Shown: positions 11,128-24,111, numbered from the stretch's first letter. The stretch: 64,000 nt of DNA from an uncultured delta proteobacterium (GCA_963789395.1 CAWBKP010000020.1:64001-128000), one strand, 5' to 3'. A program made the numbers and translations. The notes: generated by a model not told the origin, from the sequence alone.

Positions 11128-14100
11128 TTATCCTCCGTCCTGAATCAGGTTCTTCGTCAATTCGTCAATCATCTCAACGGGCGGCATGTCCCGGAAATAG
11201 CCGAACTCTTCACCCCGCTCCGGGCTCACTCCCCGAAGGAACACATAGATCACCCCGCCAAAGTGGGTCGCGTAATCATAGCCCCTGACCCGCAGGGACA
11301 GGTACCTGTTGAGCGCCACCGTGTAGAGCAGGTACTGGAGCGGATAGAGATTGTGCTCCATCGCTGTTTTGAGGGATTCCTGCCCATAGTCCTCCACCCG
11401 GTAGCCCAGATGATTCGATTTCCAGTCCACCAGATAGTACTTGCCGCCGTGCTCGAAAACCATGTCCATGAAGCCCCTGACCATTCCCCGTACCGGCTTG
11501 AACTTCAGGGACGCACAGACGGTTTTCATGTCGGCCGCCGCATAACGCGTCCCCCATTTCCGGAGACAGGCACTCATCAGATCAGAGGTGATAAACTGGA
11601 GCGGGAAAAAAAACTCCAGCTCGCAGATCCAGCTCCCCTGCTTGATGCCGGCCAGATTGAAGAACCCTTCCGGCGCTGCCAGCGGGGTGGTGATGACGCC
11701 GTTGATGGCATCGCAGACATGGGGGAGCCATTCCCTGCCGTAGCCAAACTTTTCCAGACTCGCTTCTCCACCAGAGAGCTGACTGCATCGGGAGATGCCG
11801 CGGCAAAATCCAGCTTCTCAAAGATCTCGTGAAAAAAAATACCGGCCTGCGCCCCCCGGGGAAAGGTAAAGATACTTTTCTCCTCCGGCGCGTCCGCATC
11901 CATCGGCTCCCGGCGTATTGCTCCCGGCAGTTATTTCGTCTCTGTCCGGCAGCTCGATGGCGCCTGCCTCGTGGGAGGCAAACGAGGTAAAACTGGCCAC
12001 GCGCCAGTCCCTGCTGATGACTCCGGAAAATTTCTTTTCGGCAAGCGGCATCCCATCATCCCGGAGCGGAGCATACGCTCCGGAGACCGATTCGGGCACG
12101 CTGGGCAACCGAGATGGTTCCGTCTCCTTTTTCCTGAAAGACCCGTAACTGATCCTGCATGGCTTCTGCGGAGAGCGCGCTGATTTCGACCGCCAACGGG
12201 CTGACCGGGTTATCAGATGTCCGGGTTTTTGCAGTGGCGTGAAAGAGATAGGCAAGGGACGAAGTTTCCGGCCTGCTTTTTTTGTTCCTGCTCGTAATTT
12301 TCCCGGCAAACAGGTAACATCGGTATTTTGCCCGGGTAAGGGCCACGTAAAGGAGACGGAGATTTTCGGCAAGCATTTCCTTTTGCGCCAGGATCCGGTT
12401 ATGGTCATACGCGGGGGAGCCGAAGTCCTTAATCAGGGTAGACCCGTCATGGAAAGATGACAACTTCGTCCCTGTCCTTGATGCCGCCCCACAGGAAGGG
12501 GCAAAAAACGATCGGATACTCAAGCCCCTTGCTGACATGGACGGTAACGATCTTGACCGCTTTTTCATCGGTTTCCAGACGAATCTGGTATTCTTCGGAT
12601 GCATCTTCGGCACTGACCCGCTCGCTGAACCAGGTGACGAGCCCCTCGATGCCGAGCCGTTGCTCATGCGCCTTGTGGTGAATGACCTCAAAACAGTGAA
12701 GCAGATTGGTCAGCCGACGCTCCCCGTCGGGATGCCGGAGGAGCCGGCCCCGTATCCCTTCCCTGGCCAGCATGAACTGCGCCATAACCATGAATCCCCG
12801 GTCGAGCCAGGATTGGTGGTACTCACGGAACTTCGAAAAGACAATCCTCCCAGGCAGGCTCATCGTCAAGCAGCCGGGCAATATCATCTCCCGACCTGCC
12901 AAGAATATCGGTTACCAGGGCCGCGCGGACCCTGGGCTCACTCCCGGGGTCGGCAAGAGCGGTAAGCAGCGTGCAGACATCTTTGGCTTCGTCGGTTGCA
13001 AAAATACTCAAATCACTTTGCAGGACGCTCGGAATGCCCCGATGTCTCAGTGCCTCCTGAATATAGCCGGCCTGCCGGTGGCTGCGGACGAGAACGGCAA
13101 TGTCTCCTGGAAAAAGCGGATGGCCATCGATAACAGCCTTGCCCGTCGGCTCCTTCCTGAAGCAGGCGGAGGATTTCTCCGGCCACCGCCGGCGGGATGA
13201 TTCCGTTGGCGTTGCCCACATTCACCGGCCCGCCGTCCTCTCCCGGAGGCATATACCCATATCTGCAGCGGCGCGGCTTCATCAAAAGGGGATGGCGGCA
13301 GGTTTCCACCGGCCTGCCTGCCGGATGTGACCGGGTGATAGGAGATCCAGTCGTACACAAAAGGGTTGGCTGAGTTGTTTTCGTTGGTGAAGATCGTGTT
13401 GAAGGCGGTAAGGAGGCGGGGGGAGGAGCGCCAATTGCCGGTCAGGGTGAAGCGTTTGTCTTCTGCCACATCTTCGCGCTTCCTTATAGGCGAAGATATC
13501 GGCCCCCCGGAAGCTGTAGATCGCCTGCTTCGGATCGCCGATCAGAAAAAGCGGGAGGTCCGTGTCGGCGTAAATCTTTCTGAAGATATCGTACTGGACA
13601 GGGTCGGTATCCTGAAATTCGTCGATGAGGGCTGCCCGGTATTTTTCCCGGAGGTTGGCGGAGAACGCCCTGCCGCTGTTTCCATCCAGCGCCTGATAGA
13701 GATCATTGAGAAGATCGTCGAAAAAGCGGATATTCTTTTCCCGCTTCAGGATCGGGAAGGCGCTCCCTGCAGAACAGAACAAGTTCCCAGTGCAGGGCAA
13801 GAAAGCGCTCTGCGACATTTTTCTGAAGTTCCTCACACGTGTCAAAGAATGGATGAACCGGCGCTGTTCCCGTTGGTTTCTTCCCCGCGGCAATTCCGGA
13901 AGTGCTGAATTTTCTGAAACCCGGAAAAAGATCGAAGGGATTGTCGCCGGCAATATAAGCGTCCATCCCCGAGAACAGTTCGGGCAGCAGATCGGCCTTA
14001 TAATTATCGGCAGCTCTGCTGAGGCCTTTGTCGTTCTGGATGATATCTTCGATCTTCCTCCTTATTCTCCCGCCAGCCTTTCTTTACCATTTCATAGGAA

Positions 14101-14752
14101 GTACGGCACCTTTCTTCGATGGTCGCGATTTCGTCAGCACTGAACCGGGGGATGACTTCCAGTTTAGGGTTGGATAGCATCCCCTTGACGAAACCCATGA
14201 ATGTCTCGGGGGAGTAACCTTTAAGCAGTGTGTACTTAAGCAGGGGCGACGGTTCGGAAAAAAATCGCATCCTCCAGAAATCATCCACGATTTCCTGGAG
14301 CAATGCCTTCTGGTCGGTAACCAGTTCCGTGTCATAAAGCGAACCGCTCTCAAAGGCGTTTTCCTTGAGGGCGCGCAGGCAGAAACCATGGATGGTAAAG
14401 ATCGAGGCAGTATCAAAGGCATTCAGTGCCCGATCAAGCTTTTCCCGGGACTTTATCCGGCCGGGCCCTTTCCCGTTGATGTTATTGGCGAAACCAGCGA
14501 GAAACGGTCTTTGTTTCGAAGCCGTCAATGACCCTAATCGCCTTCCGGATCTGGCTGCGGATTCTGCTGCGCAGTTCTTTTGTTGCCGCCTCAGTGTAAG
14601 GTCACCACGAGGATCTGTTCAGGGGTAAGATCTTTTTCGATGAGAAGTCGCAGGTAGAGGCAGGCAATCGCATAGGTCTTTCCGGTTCCGGCGCTGGCCT
14701 CGATCAGATTCATCCCCGAGAGATCAATATGCAAATGATCCAGTTCAATCAT
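11128..14752 (-). CDS. recB: RecB (ExoV beta); multiple frameshifts
   Basis: LIEASAGTGKTYAI, IFTIHGFC, LIDEFQDTDPVQY, IGDPKQAIYSFRGAD, NWRS, TVHVSKGLEYPIVF, LRLLYVALTRA; nuclease GFMDMVF..YLVDWKSN..YPLQYLLY. Confidence 0.93.
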
Positions 14753-17700
14753 GACTTTTTCCTCATATACCAGGTGCTGGAGCAGCGGCTCCAGCAATGC
14801 GTGGGCAATACGCTCAAATTCGGCATTAAACGGGTCATCATGGCCAAAACAGAGCCGGAAATAGGGGTCCCTGCCTTCTCCGGGGATGTCGTTGTAACCG
14901 TCTTCCCATTTTTCCCGGGCCCGCTCCAGATCCCATTTCTGTTTATCAGCATACGCCATGGCCGAAGCGGGGAAGAACCGGAGGGGGGCGGTCAATCCCT
15001 GCCAGTACAAGTCCGAGGAGAATCTGCAAGGATAGCGGCGGCATTTTCCACCGGATCGAACGTATTCGAGCGTCGGTCATGATCAACAATGTTTCCCGGG
15101 GGATATTCTCCCTGCCGCACTGCATTGAGGACAAGATGCTCTATCCAGGCGCGCAGCCGGTCTTTTGCCTTCAGTTTTGCACAACGATAGCGAATCATCC
15201 GCTCCGGCCAGATGCCATCCAGCCGACCGGTCAACCTGAAACCTGCTAGGTCGAGGTCAAAATCAAGGGGCGCCAATTGGATTTTACCGCCGAATTTATC
15301 CTGCACGATCCTGGGCGAATGCCTCAGCCTCGCTGGACGCGGTCTCGAAAACCATCTCGCCATGCCGGGCCGGCGGGATGATTCCGCGGCAGCGGGCAAC
15401 GGAGAGAAAGTCACGGGGATTGCCACCCTGGAGCGAAATCTCCAGAAGATCCTTCTTCAGGCTATATGCTTCCAGCCCGTCAACGGAAAAAGGTTCCCGC
15501 TCTTCAAGGGGCGCGGCGCCATCCTCAAGGCGAATCCCCAGCCTGTTTATCCAGGAAGAATTTGGCCGGGTTGTCAAAGAACCGCAGAAGCGTTATCAAA
15601 GGGACATCCTTCCAGTCATCCGTCGGAGCGGCAAGGGGGGTTCGATAGAAACTCGCTAGACTCCACGGGGCCGCTTCGCTTTTCCATGGAGCGCGGCGCA
15701 ATTCTCGGCCGAGTAACTGAATAACGGCGAGCCATCGGTAAAATAGTCCCGGCTGAAGGCTTGGAGGCGGTGCTCGCGTGACGAGACGGTCATCGATTGT
15801 AACTGCTCCTTCCCCGCGGTGAACCCCCGGTCAATGGCATCCAGGAGCTCGCTGACCAGAACCGATGGCGGAATCCGGCTGTTATCCTTGATGCTCTGGC
15901 CGACATAGCTGATGTAAAGGCAGTCACGCGCCGAGAGAATGGACTCAAGAAACAGGTAGCGGTCCTCATCCCGCAGGGAACGGTCGCCCCGCCGGGGGTT
16001 CCGGGCGATCAGGTCAAATCCAGGGGCGGAGTTCTGCCGGGGAAAGGCGCCGTCATTCATGCCGATAAGGGCGACGACCCGGAAAGGAATGCTTCGCATA
16101 GGGAGCATGGCGCAGAAAGTGACGCCGCCGGTCATAAAGCCAAGCCCTTTTTCCGCCTGATCCAGGCGTGCCGTGAGCCACGCGCGAATAACAGTCAAGT
16201 TCCACTTCGTCATGCGAATCCGGACTTCTCCGCCAGTTCGCCGATGCTTGCCACCACCTCGGCGACCGTGGCCAGTTCAGGGGCCATGTCGTCATCCGCG
16301 CTGATAAAGTCCGCCAAAAGGTCGGCGCATTGATCTTTCCACTCGCTGAGGGTCCGGGGCATTGTCAGGGTGTCGGCCATGGCGGCAATACGATTGATGA
16401 ACTCCACAAGCTTGCCAAGGGTCTGGGCAGCTGGAGCCTTCTATCTCATCGTAAGGGAGCTTGCCGTTGAACAGGCGACCTGTCTCATCGGGCATGGCAT
16501 AGCCGAGGAGGAGCCGATCGAGTCCGGCCCGCCAGGAGTTCTCTCGATAGCCGGGGAGCCCCAGCCTGATTCGGCTCTGCTCGTCGATTCCCCACCGTAC
16601 CGCACGTATCCTCGATCCAGCCGCGGATGATTTCAAGCTCTTCGTGTATCCAGGTCGAAACCGTCTTCTGACCGGAGTCGCTTCCAGGATGTCGAACAAC
16701 TGGATGACGGTGAGCCGGCTGCCGGGAAGCGCCAGAAGCTTCAGCACCACAGCCGCGATCTGCCCTTCGCTTTTCAGACGACGATCGGCAATGGAGTACG
16801 GGATTTTCAGGGAGGCATCCTGACATCCGTCAAAGACCGAGGAGATATACGGTGCATAGGTCTCGATATCGGGGGTCATCACGACGATGTCCCGTGGCAA
16901 AAGCCCGTCTCTTTGCTCCAGAAGGGCGAGGATGTTGTCGTAAAGAACCTCTATTTCACGCATCGGGCTGTGGCAGGAATGGATCTGGATAGACCGGTCA
17001 TCCTGATCCAAGGGGTCGTTTTTCCATCCGCTCCGCAGGGTCGGAGAGGTTAAGAATATCGGTTTGGATGTCCTGAAGCAGCGATGCCCTGCCCGGATCT
17101 TCGTAGAGGTCTTCCTGGACGGCAGCCACATCTCCGATCTCGATGACCATGTCGGAAAAGTCACGGCCGAGCTTGCCAAGGGACGCCAGGAGCGGATTTC
17201 CTTCGATCCGCAAGTCACCGTCCCTGGGCTGCAAGCCGCGCTTTTGCCTTGTTCGGAGATGATGTCGGCCCAGTATTCACGGGTGGGGCTCAGCAGGAAC
17301 AGGTTGACATCCGTGATCCTAGCGATTGCCGCCAGGAGCTCCATATGGTATTTGGGCAGATAGGAGATGCCGAACACTGCGATCCTTTCCGGTATTCTGC
17401 TATCGAGCGGTATGCCCGCCATCAACGACGGCAGAACTCGTCCTTGAGGCGTCCCCGGTGGCATCCGTTGCTGGCTGTCACCAGTTCCCGCCAGAGGACG
17501 GCCTGCCACTTCTCGGCTTCACTGTCCGTTTCTTTGCCTGCTTCCCATCCCATCAAGCATATCCGGACGGAACAGGGTGTACTGGTCAAAGGTGTCGGCA
17601 ATCCGTTCCGCAAGCTGAAACCGTTTGAGCCCGTCTCTGTCTCCTGATAAGGTAGTGATGCAGCGGGGTAAATTCCTCCCGGTCCAGAAAGCCCGGCAGC

Positions 17701-17996
17701 ATCCCGAAAATTTTCCACGTAAGCACTTCCGGAGAAAATGAGGATTCATCCTCGGGAATTTCCGGAAGAACAAGGCTGAACAACTGCGATACCATGGAAT
17801 TCGGAAAAGGATACCGGCAGTTTGCCCAGACCCCGAAATACGTTGCAAGCTCCATCGCGACCCAGCGCTGCATTCCCTTGCTCTGTACGACAATCATTTC
17901 AGGCGTCAGGGGAGAGGCAAGCGGTTTAGTGAGCACGCCGGCAAGGGCCTCGGCCAGATTTTCCATTCGGTTGCTGGTGTAGATATTGAGCGGCAT
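14749..17996 (-). CDS. recC: RecC (ExoV gamma); multiple frameshifts
   Basis: IYTSNRMENL..VVQSKGMQRW, FDQYTLFRPD, IHSCHSPMREIEVL, DIVVMTPDIETY, FCAMLPMRSIPFRV, GDRSLRDEDRYLFLE, PPSVLV, PLRFFP. Confidence 0.92.
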
Positions 17997-18276
17997 GGGG
18001 GTTCACTTCTCCCGGTTTGCGCGGATGGCACCAATTTCTTAGAAATATGAACGCCACTATAAAGGAGCCGGAATGAGAAAACAAGGCGGGAAAATCCGGC
18101 TGTTCCCGGATATCTTCGGTTAAAGTGTGCGAAAGGATTCAGCGAAAAGAGGTTGATGATTTGCTGAAAGGAGAGGTATACTGATCACATCAAAAAAGCA
18201 ATTGATATAAACAGTCTATGCGAGAGGGTATGCACAGATAGAAGCACGCCGTTATGTGGCAGCATAGGAGAGATAT

Positions 18277-19161
18277 TTGAACAAAGGAATATGGCGTGCC
18301 GCAGGCGCTTATGGGATATGGGGGTTGTTTCCGCTGTACTGGAAATGGCTCCAGCATGTCCCTGCGCTGCAATTGATCTGCCACCGCATTTTGTGGTCAT
18401 GCCTCATACTGGCGGTTGTTATTCTGTGCATGCGACGAACAAGAGATTTTCGCATAACCGCTCTGACGCGCTCAGTTGTCTGCATTTACACTGCCGCCGC
18501 ACTGCTGGTCGGCATCAACTGGCTGGTGTATGTCTGGGCGGTCAACGCCGGGTTTATCGTTGAAGCGAGCCTGGGCTATTTCATCAATCCGCTTCTCAGT
18601 ATTTTCCTGGGGGTGATTTTCCTGCGCGAACGCCTGCGTGCCTGGCAGTGGGTTCCCATTGGGCTGACGGCGCTGGGCGTCCTTTATCTCACTTTCACCT
18701 ATGGCAGGCCGCCCTGGATTGCCCTGGTGCTGGCGCTCACTTTCGGCCTCTACGGCCTGGTCAAAAAAACGGCGCCGCTTGGATCGCTCTACGGGTTGAC
18801 CCTGGAGACGGGCCTTTTGTTCCTGCCTGCGCTGCTCTACCTTGTTTATGCCGATATCACCGGCCGGGGCGCATTCCTGCATACCGGCGCAGTGTCTGAT
18901 CTGCTGATGATGGGTGCAGGCGTGATAACGACCGTTCCGCTGCTGATGTTTGCATCCGCCGTACAGCGTATCCCACTCTTTCTGGTGGGAATTCTGCAGT
19001 TTATCACCCCCACCCTGCAATTTCTGATCGGGGTGCTGGTCTATCATGAACCATTCGCCATCAACAAACTCATCGGTTTTGGCTGCGTCTGGGTCGCGCT
19101 GCTTATCTTCGGCGTTGAAGGCTATCTGGCCAATCGCGGGAAAGTTGCCGCGGCCGCCTGA
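18277..19161 (+). CDS. rarD: RarD, EamA-family transporter
   Basis: AYGIWGLFPLYW, HRILWS, NWLVYVWAVN..EASLGYFINPL, FGLYGLVKK, GILQFITPTLQF; about 10 hydrophobic helices. Confidence 0.92.
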   Translation: MNKGIWRAAGAYGIWGLFPLYWKWLQHVPALQLICHRILWSCLILAVVILCMRRTRDFRITALTRSVVCIYTAAALLVGINWLVYVWAVNAGFIVEASLGYFINPLLSIFLGVIFLRERLRAWQWVPIGLTALGVLYLTFTYGRPPWIALVLALTFGLYGLVKKTAPLGSLYGLTLETGLLFLPALLYLVYADITGRGAFLHTGAVSDLLMMGAGVITTVPLLMFASAVQRIPLFLVGILQFITPTLQFLIGVLVYHEPFAINKLIGFGCVWVALLIFGVEGYLANRGKVAAAA

Positions 19162-19185
19162 CAAGCCGCGACCGATTTTGAAAAA

Positions 19186-20304
19186 TTAGCACGGGCAGGC
19201 GAAACGGTCCCGAAGCCCTCTTTCCACCGTGACCACAAAGTCCTGGACATTGGTTAAAATGGATCTGGCGGTCAAGGACCCCCTGTCCGCCAGCTTGCTG
19301 GCTGCAAACTCGGACATATCCACCGAATAAAAATAGACGGGCCGGACCTGCTTGTCAGCCATAACCTGGTAGGATGGTGTCATGTTGCCGACGGCAATGG
19401 TGTGAAGCTGTGTGGCCATGGCAATAACCGTTGTGGCTTTCTGGGACAGTGCCCGCATCTGGTTCTGGGCCTCGTAGACGTTTTCGGTAACTTCGGGAAG
19501 GGGCCCGTCGTCCCGGATGGAGCCGGCCAGAACATAGGGGATGCGGCTTAAGGTAACCGCATGCATGATGCCGTTTTGAACCAGGCCCGTTTCAATGGCT
19601 TTTTCAATGGAGCCTGCGGCCCGGATCCGGTTGATGGCATCCAGATGTTTGTAATGGCCCAGAGGAAGGGTTCGCTTGGAGTAAATTTCCTGGCCCAGGG
19701 CGGTTCCGAAGATGGCGCCTTCCACATCATGCGTGGCAAGGGCGTTTCCCGCCAGCAGCGCATGGACGTAGCCGTTTTCGATCAGGGAGACAAAGGCGTT
19801 TCGGGCATCCCGGTCAAAGACGACTGCAGGACCCAGAACCCATACGATGAATCCGTGCTCTTTTTCGTGATGAATCAGATGGTACAACTCGTCATAGTCA
19901 ATGGAAAAAGAGGTTTCACGGGTCAGATGGGACCTGAAAGCAAATTTTTCAGTCATATAATCCGGAAAAACAAAGGCTTTGGTGTGAACCAGAATGCCGT
20001 CCTCCCCGTTTTCGCTTCTGCCGCAGGCGACCAGGTCACCGGCCTTCAGGCGCCGAAGTTCGGTGACCGAAAGTCGGTTGCCGGATTCCCTTACTACCGC
20101 GCAATCCATACGGGAGTTTTCAAGCAGGACCCAGTTGCCTTTTTCCAGTTGCAGATATTCGGGATACACCGATGTGGCGTGATAGGTATCCGGGGCAACC
20201 CCATCGGCCGGCGCCGGGTGAAACTGCACGCAGGGGGCGTTTTGAAGTTCCGGGAGCGTGAAATCCGGAGCATGAAAATCAGGAATTTGAAATGTCATGG
20301 TCAT
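19186..20304 (-). CDS. TIGR00300/LOR-SDH-type protein; stand-alone homolog of the ArgZ/AgrE C-terminal ornithine cyclodeaminase region
   Basis: APADGVAPDTYHATS, GNALATHDVE, GHYKHLDAIN, VLAGSIRDDGPLPEV, ATQLHTIAVGNMTP, KLADRGS. Confidence 0.75.
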   Translation of the reverse strand: MTMTFQIPDFHAPDFTLPELQNAPCVQFHPAPADGVAPDTYHATSVYPEYLQLEKGNWVLLENSRMDCAVVRESGNRLSVTELRRLKAGDLVACGRSENGEDGILVHTKAFVFPDYMTEKFAFRSHLTRETSFSIDYDELYHLIHHEKEHGFIVWVLGPAVVFDRDARNAFVSLIENGYVHALLAGNALATHDVEGAIFGTALGQEIYSKRTLPLGHYKHLDAINRIRAAGSIEKAIETGLVQNGIMHAVTLSRIPYVLAGSIRDDGPLPEVTENVYEAQNQMRALSQKATTVIAMATQLHTIAVGNMTPSYQVMADKQVRPVYFYSVDMSEFAASKLADRGSLTARSILTNVQDFVVTVERGLRDRFACPC

Positions 20305-20353
20305 TTCCTTTCAGGCATGTCGGCAACTTATTTTCAGAGATGGGTGTCAGAAA

Positions 20354-22161
20354 TCATGTCCGCTTGAATAGCCGCTCAATTTCCTGTATCGGCCACTGAA
20401 TCCACGTGGGTCGGCCATGGGGGCAGTGAGCAGGGATCCGGCAGGCTTCCAGTTCCTTGATTACGGTTGCCATCTCGGCAAGGGTCAGGGATTGATTGGC
20501 GCGGATGGCGCCGTGGCAGGCCATCAGCTTCAGGCATGCGTCCAGGGATTTTTCCAGGTTGGCCGTCAAACCGGTTTCGATGATGCGATCCACCATTTCG
20601 ATCACCAGGGGTTTGATTTCCCGTCCGGAAAGAATCATGGGCACGGTCTTGATCACAAACGAATTCTTGCCGAAGAGCTCGACCTCAAAGCCGTACCGGC
20701 AAAGGTCCGGAATGAGTTTTTCCAGGATCAGGGCCTGCCGGTAACTCAGGTCCAGGGTTTCCGGAATCAGGAGTCTCTGGACCGGAATCCGGTATTCTGC
20801 GGACTTTTCCGCCAGTTTCTCATATAGAATCCGTTCATGGGCAGCATGTTGATCCAGCAGAATCAGGTTTTCACCGGACTCACAGAGGATATAGGAGTCA
20901 CCAAACTGGCCGATGGGATTCAGGGGGACTGTCTGGGGCGCTTCCCATAACTGGGGCTGATCTGTTGGTCTGGAAGCGCTGAATGGAGCCGGTGAATCAG
21001 CCGGTGTATCAGTAGGAACATATGCAGCAGGGGGGGCTTTCACGTTTTGCTCCCTGCCAGGGTCTTTTCCAGCGGGAAAAGACCTGTAGGGGGCGTTTTT
21101 TTCAGCCAGGGCCGGATTCCCGGGCATGGTTGTCGGGCCGTGGTGTCTGGAAAGGAGCCCAGGACGGCTTTTCTTCATGAACAAGTCCGGCTGAAACCGC
21201 GGCAACAATGGCGTCATAAACTATGCTGCTGACGGGAAAAGCGGATTTCCTGCTTGGATGGGTGCACATTGACATCCACCGTGTCGCAGGGGACCTGAAT
21301 AAACAACACCGCCAGTGGAAACTGTCCCTTCATCAGGCGTCCGCCGTAAGCTTCCATCAGGGCATGCTGAACCATCCGGTTGCGGACCGAGCGGCCATTG
21401 ACAAAAACGAAAATACCCTGGGAAGTGGCTCGCGTGATGCGGGGAAGTGACATCCAGCCGGAAAGTGTAACCCCATCGGTTTCGTTCTGGATGGGAAAAA
21501 GTCCGGAAGCAAAATCCCTGCCGAGAATGTCGAAGATCCGGCCGGCCGGGTCTTCGGCCGCAGACCAGTTCTGAAGGACAGACCCGTTATGGATCAGCTT
21601 GAAATGAATCCCCGGCCATCCCAGGGCCATGTTGGATATTACGGCGGCGATGTGCCCCATTTCAGTTGGGATGGTTTTTAAAAATTTCTGTCTGGCAGGG
21701 GTGTTGAAAAACAACTGCCGGACCGTGACCTGGGTGCCGCGGGGAGCCCCTGTTTCCAGCACTTTCAGCAGTTTCCCGCCTTCCATGACGAGTTCCGTAC
21801 CCGATTCGGCCGTTTCTTCCCGCGTAATCAGCCTCAGTCTCGATACCGATGCAATGCTGGGAAGTGCCTCTCCTCTGAAACCCAGGGTATTGATGGCAAA
21901 CAGGTCACTGTCCGTATAAAGCTTGCTGGTCGCGTACCGTTCAATGGACAGCAGCGCATCGTCCCGGCTCATGCCGCTGCCGTTGTCGCTGACCCGGATC
22001 AGGGATCGGCCGCCTTTTTCAACTTCGACCTCGATCCGTGTGCTTCCGGCATCCAAGGCATTCTCGACCAGCTCCTTGACCACGGAAGCCGGACGTTCAA
22101 CCACTTCGCCGGCAGCGATTTTATTGGAGAGAATCTCGGGAAGGATGCGGATGCGGGTCAT
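20354..22161 (-). CDS. mutL: DNA mismatch repair protein MutL; frameshift near 21215
   Basis: KIAAGEVVERPASVVKELVENALDAG, GFRGEALPSI, DVNVHPSKQEIRF; C-terminal endonuclease DQHAAHERILYE, ACHGAI, CPHGRP. Confidence 0.97.
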
Positions 22162-22164
22162 GGA

Positions 22165-22350
22165 TCACGTAAAGAGTTTTTCCCGGACAAACCGCTCGAT
22201 AAATTCGGCATCCAGGGGTGAGAGATCGAATTTCAAACACGCGCCTTCGATCAATTCCTTGACGGTTTTCCCGGGATGGGCCGCGCGTTCTTCGGTGATC
22301 CATCGGGTTGCTTTTCTCAGGTCTTCGCCTTCCGGAAGAATGGTTGTCAT
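22165..22350 (-). CDS. Small hypothetical protein (61 aa)
   Basis: Start overlaps the gatA stop (ATGA) and it ends 3 nt before mutL; helical sequence [24 protein letters not shown]. Confidence 0.8.
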   Translation of the reverse strand: MTTILPEGEDLRKATRWITEERAAHPGKTVKELIEGACLKFDLSPLDAEFIERFVREKLFT

Positions 22351-23807
22351 AATACCGCCTTTTTTTTATGAAAATCGGTTGCCTGTTCAAAATGATACGC
22401 CGCCTTTAAAAGAGTTCCCTCGCTGAAATGCGGCCCCATGAGCTGAAGTCCGATGGGAAGTCCCGTTGCGGAAAAGCCGCAGGGAAGGGACATGCCCGGT
22501 ATTCCCGCAAGATTCGCTGAAAGCGTGAACACGTCAGACAGATACATGGTGAGGGGATCATCCGTGTTTTCGCCGATGGTAAAGGCCGGTGTGGGGGCAA
22601 CCGGCGAGATCAGCATGTCGCAGTGCTCGAACGCTTTTGTAAAGTCTTCCATGATCAGGGTCCGGACCTGGGACGCCTTGCCGTAATAGGCATCGTAATA
22701 TCCCGCGGACAGGGAATATGTTCCCAGAATGATCCGCCGCTGAACCTCTGGGCCGAACCCCTTGGAGCGGGTGTTTCGGTACATTTCCATCAGGTTGGCG
22801 GCTGTTTTGTCCCGGAAACCGTATTTGACCCCGTCATATCTTGCCAGATTGGAGCTGGCCTCGCAGGGCGCGATGACATAATAGGCGGCAACGGCATACT
22901 CGGTGTGGGGAAGGGAGACATCGACGCAGCGAACTCCCAGGTCTTTAAGGGTTTGAATGGCGCGGTTGACGGCAGCGGCAACTTCCGGATCAAGACCCTC
23001 TGATGTATGATATTCTTTGGGAATGCCCGCAACAAGACCCTTGATGTCGCCTTCCAGAAAACGGGTGTAATCCGGAACCGGCTGCGGAACCGAGGTTGAA
23101 TCCATGGGATCATGGCCGGAAATGGCATTTAAGAGCAGGGCGCAGTCCCGGGTATCTTTTGCGATCGGTCCGATCTGATCCAGGGAAGAGGCGAATGCAA
23201 CCAGCCCAAAACGGGATACCCGGCCATAGGTCGGCTTCAGGCCCACCACGCCGCAGTGGGATGCCGGCTGGCGGATCGAGCCGCCGGTATCCGATCCCAG
23301 AGAACCCAGGCACATATCCGCGGCAACGGCTGCTGCGGACCCCCCGCTGGAGCCCCCGGGAATTCTGGATAAATCCCAGGGATTATGCGTTGTTTTAAAC
23401 GCGGAATTCTCCGTGGAAGACCCCATGGCGAATTCATCCATATTGAGTTTGCCGATCAGGACAGCGCCGGCCGCCTTCAGTTTTTGAATGACCGTGGCAT
23501 CATAAGGCGGAATAAAGTTTTCCAGAATCCTTGAAGCGCAGGTGGTCCGAACACCCTGGGTGCAGATCAGGTCCTTGATGGCCAGGGGAATGCCCGTCAG
23601 TGCTTCGCCCCTGCCTTCCGACAGGGTTTTGTCCGCAAGTTCGGCCTGAATCATGGCCGATTCATCATTCAGCGTGATGAATGCGCCGACCCTGTCTTCC
23701 ACAGCATGAATCCGCTCAAGCACCGACTGCGTCAGTTCCCGGGAAGTCAGCTGATGCCGGCTGAGCAGGTCTGCTGCCTGGCTGATTGTCAGCTCATAGA
23801 ATTTCAT
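22347..23807 (-). CDS. gatA: Asp/Glu-tRNA amidotransferase subunit A
   Basis: [61 protein letters not shown]. Confidence 0.98.
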   Translation of the reverse strand: MKFYELTISQAADLLSRHQLTSRELTQSVLERIHAVEDRVGAFITLNDESAMIQAELADKTLSEGRGEALTGIPLAIKDLICTQGVRTTCASRILENFIPPYDATVIQKLKAAGAVLIGKLNMDEFAMGSSTENSAFKTTHNPWDLSRIPGGSSGGSAAAVAADMCLGSLGSDTGGSIRQPASHCGVVGLKPTYGRVSRFGLVAFASSLDQIGPIAKDTRDCALLLNAISGHDPMDSTSVPQPVPDYTRFLEGDIKGLVAGIPKEYHTSEGLDPEVAAAVNRAIQTLKDLGVRCVDVSLPHTEYAVAAYYVIAPCEASSNLARYDGVKYGFRDKTAANLMEMYRNTRSKGFGPEVQRRIILGTYSLSAGYYDAYYGKASQVRTLIMEDFTKAFEHCDMLISPVAPTPAFTIGENTDDPLTMYLSDVFTLSANLAGIPGMSLPCGFSATGLPIGLQLMGPHFSEGTLLKAAYHFEQATDFHKKKAVL

Positions 23808-23823
23808 ATCCGATATTGTCCTA

Positions 23824-24111
23824 TCACCCGATCACCCTGGGTACCTGAAATGTCCCGTCATCTTTTTCCGGAGCATTACAAAGCGCCTGTTCCAGGGGCA
23901 AGTGTATTTTGATTTCGTCTTCGCGAAAGGCGTTGGTTAAAAAAATGGCATGGGAGGTGGGGCTGACGCCGGTCGTATCCAGACGGTTCAGCGTATCCAC
24001 ATACTCCAGGATGGTTCCCACCTGATGGGAAAACTTATCGACCGATGCGTCATCCAGCTCAAGGCGGGCCAGATTTGCGACATGAATGACATCTTCTTTT
24101 GATATTTTCAT
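23824..24111 (-). CDS. gatC: Asp/Glu-tRNA amidotransferase subunit C
   Basis: [33 protein letters not shown]; immediately upstream of gatA. Confidence 0.96.
   Translation of the reverse strand: MKISKEDVIHVANLARLELDDASVDKFSHQVGTILEYVDTLNRLDTTGVSPTSHAIFLTNAFREDEIKIHLPLEQALCNAPEKDDGTFQVPRVIG

Noticed and set aside
14591..15010. Apparent in-frame RecC-RecB fusion
   Set aside because: One indel would end recC at the ATGA overlap (14749-14752), recB has its own GAGG ribosome site, and the region is full of indels. Needs reads to exclude fully.
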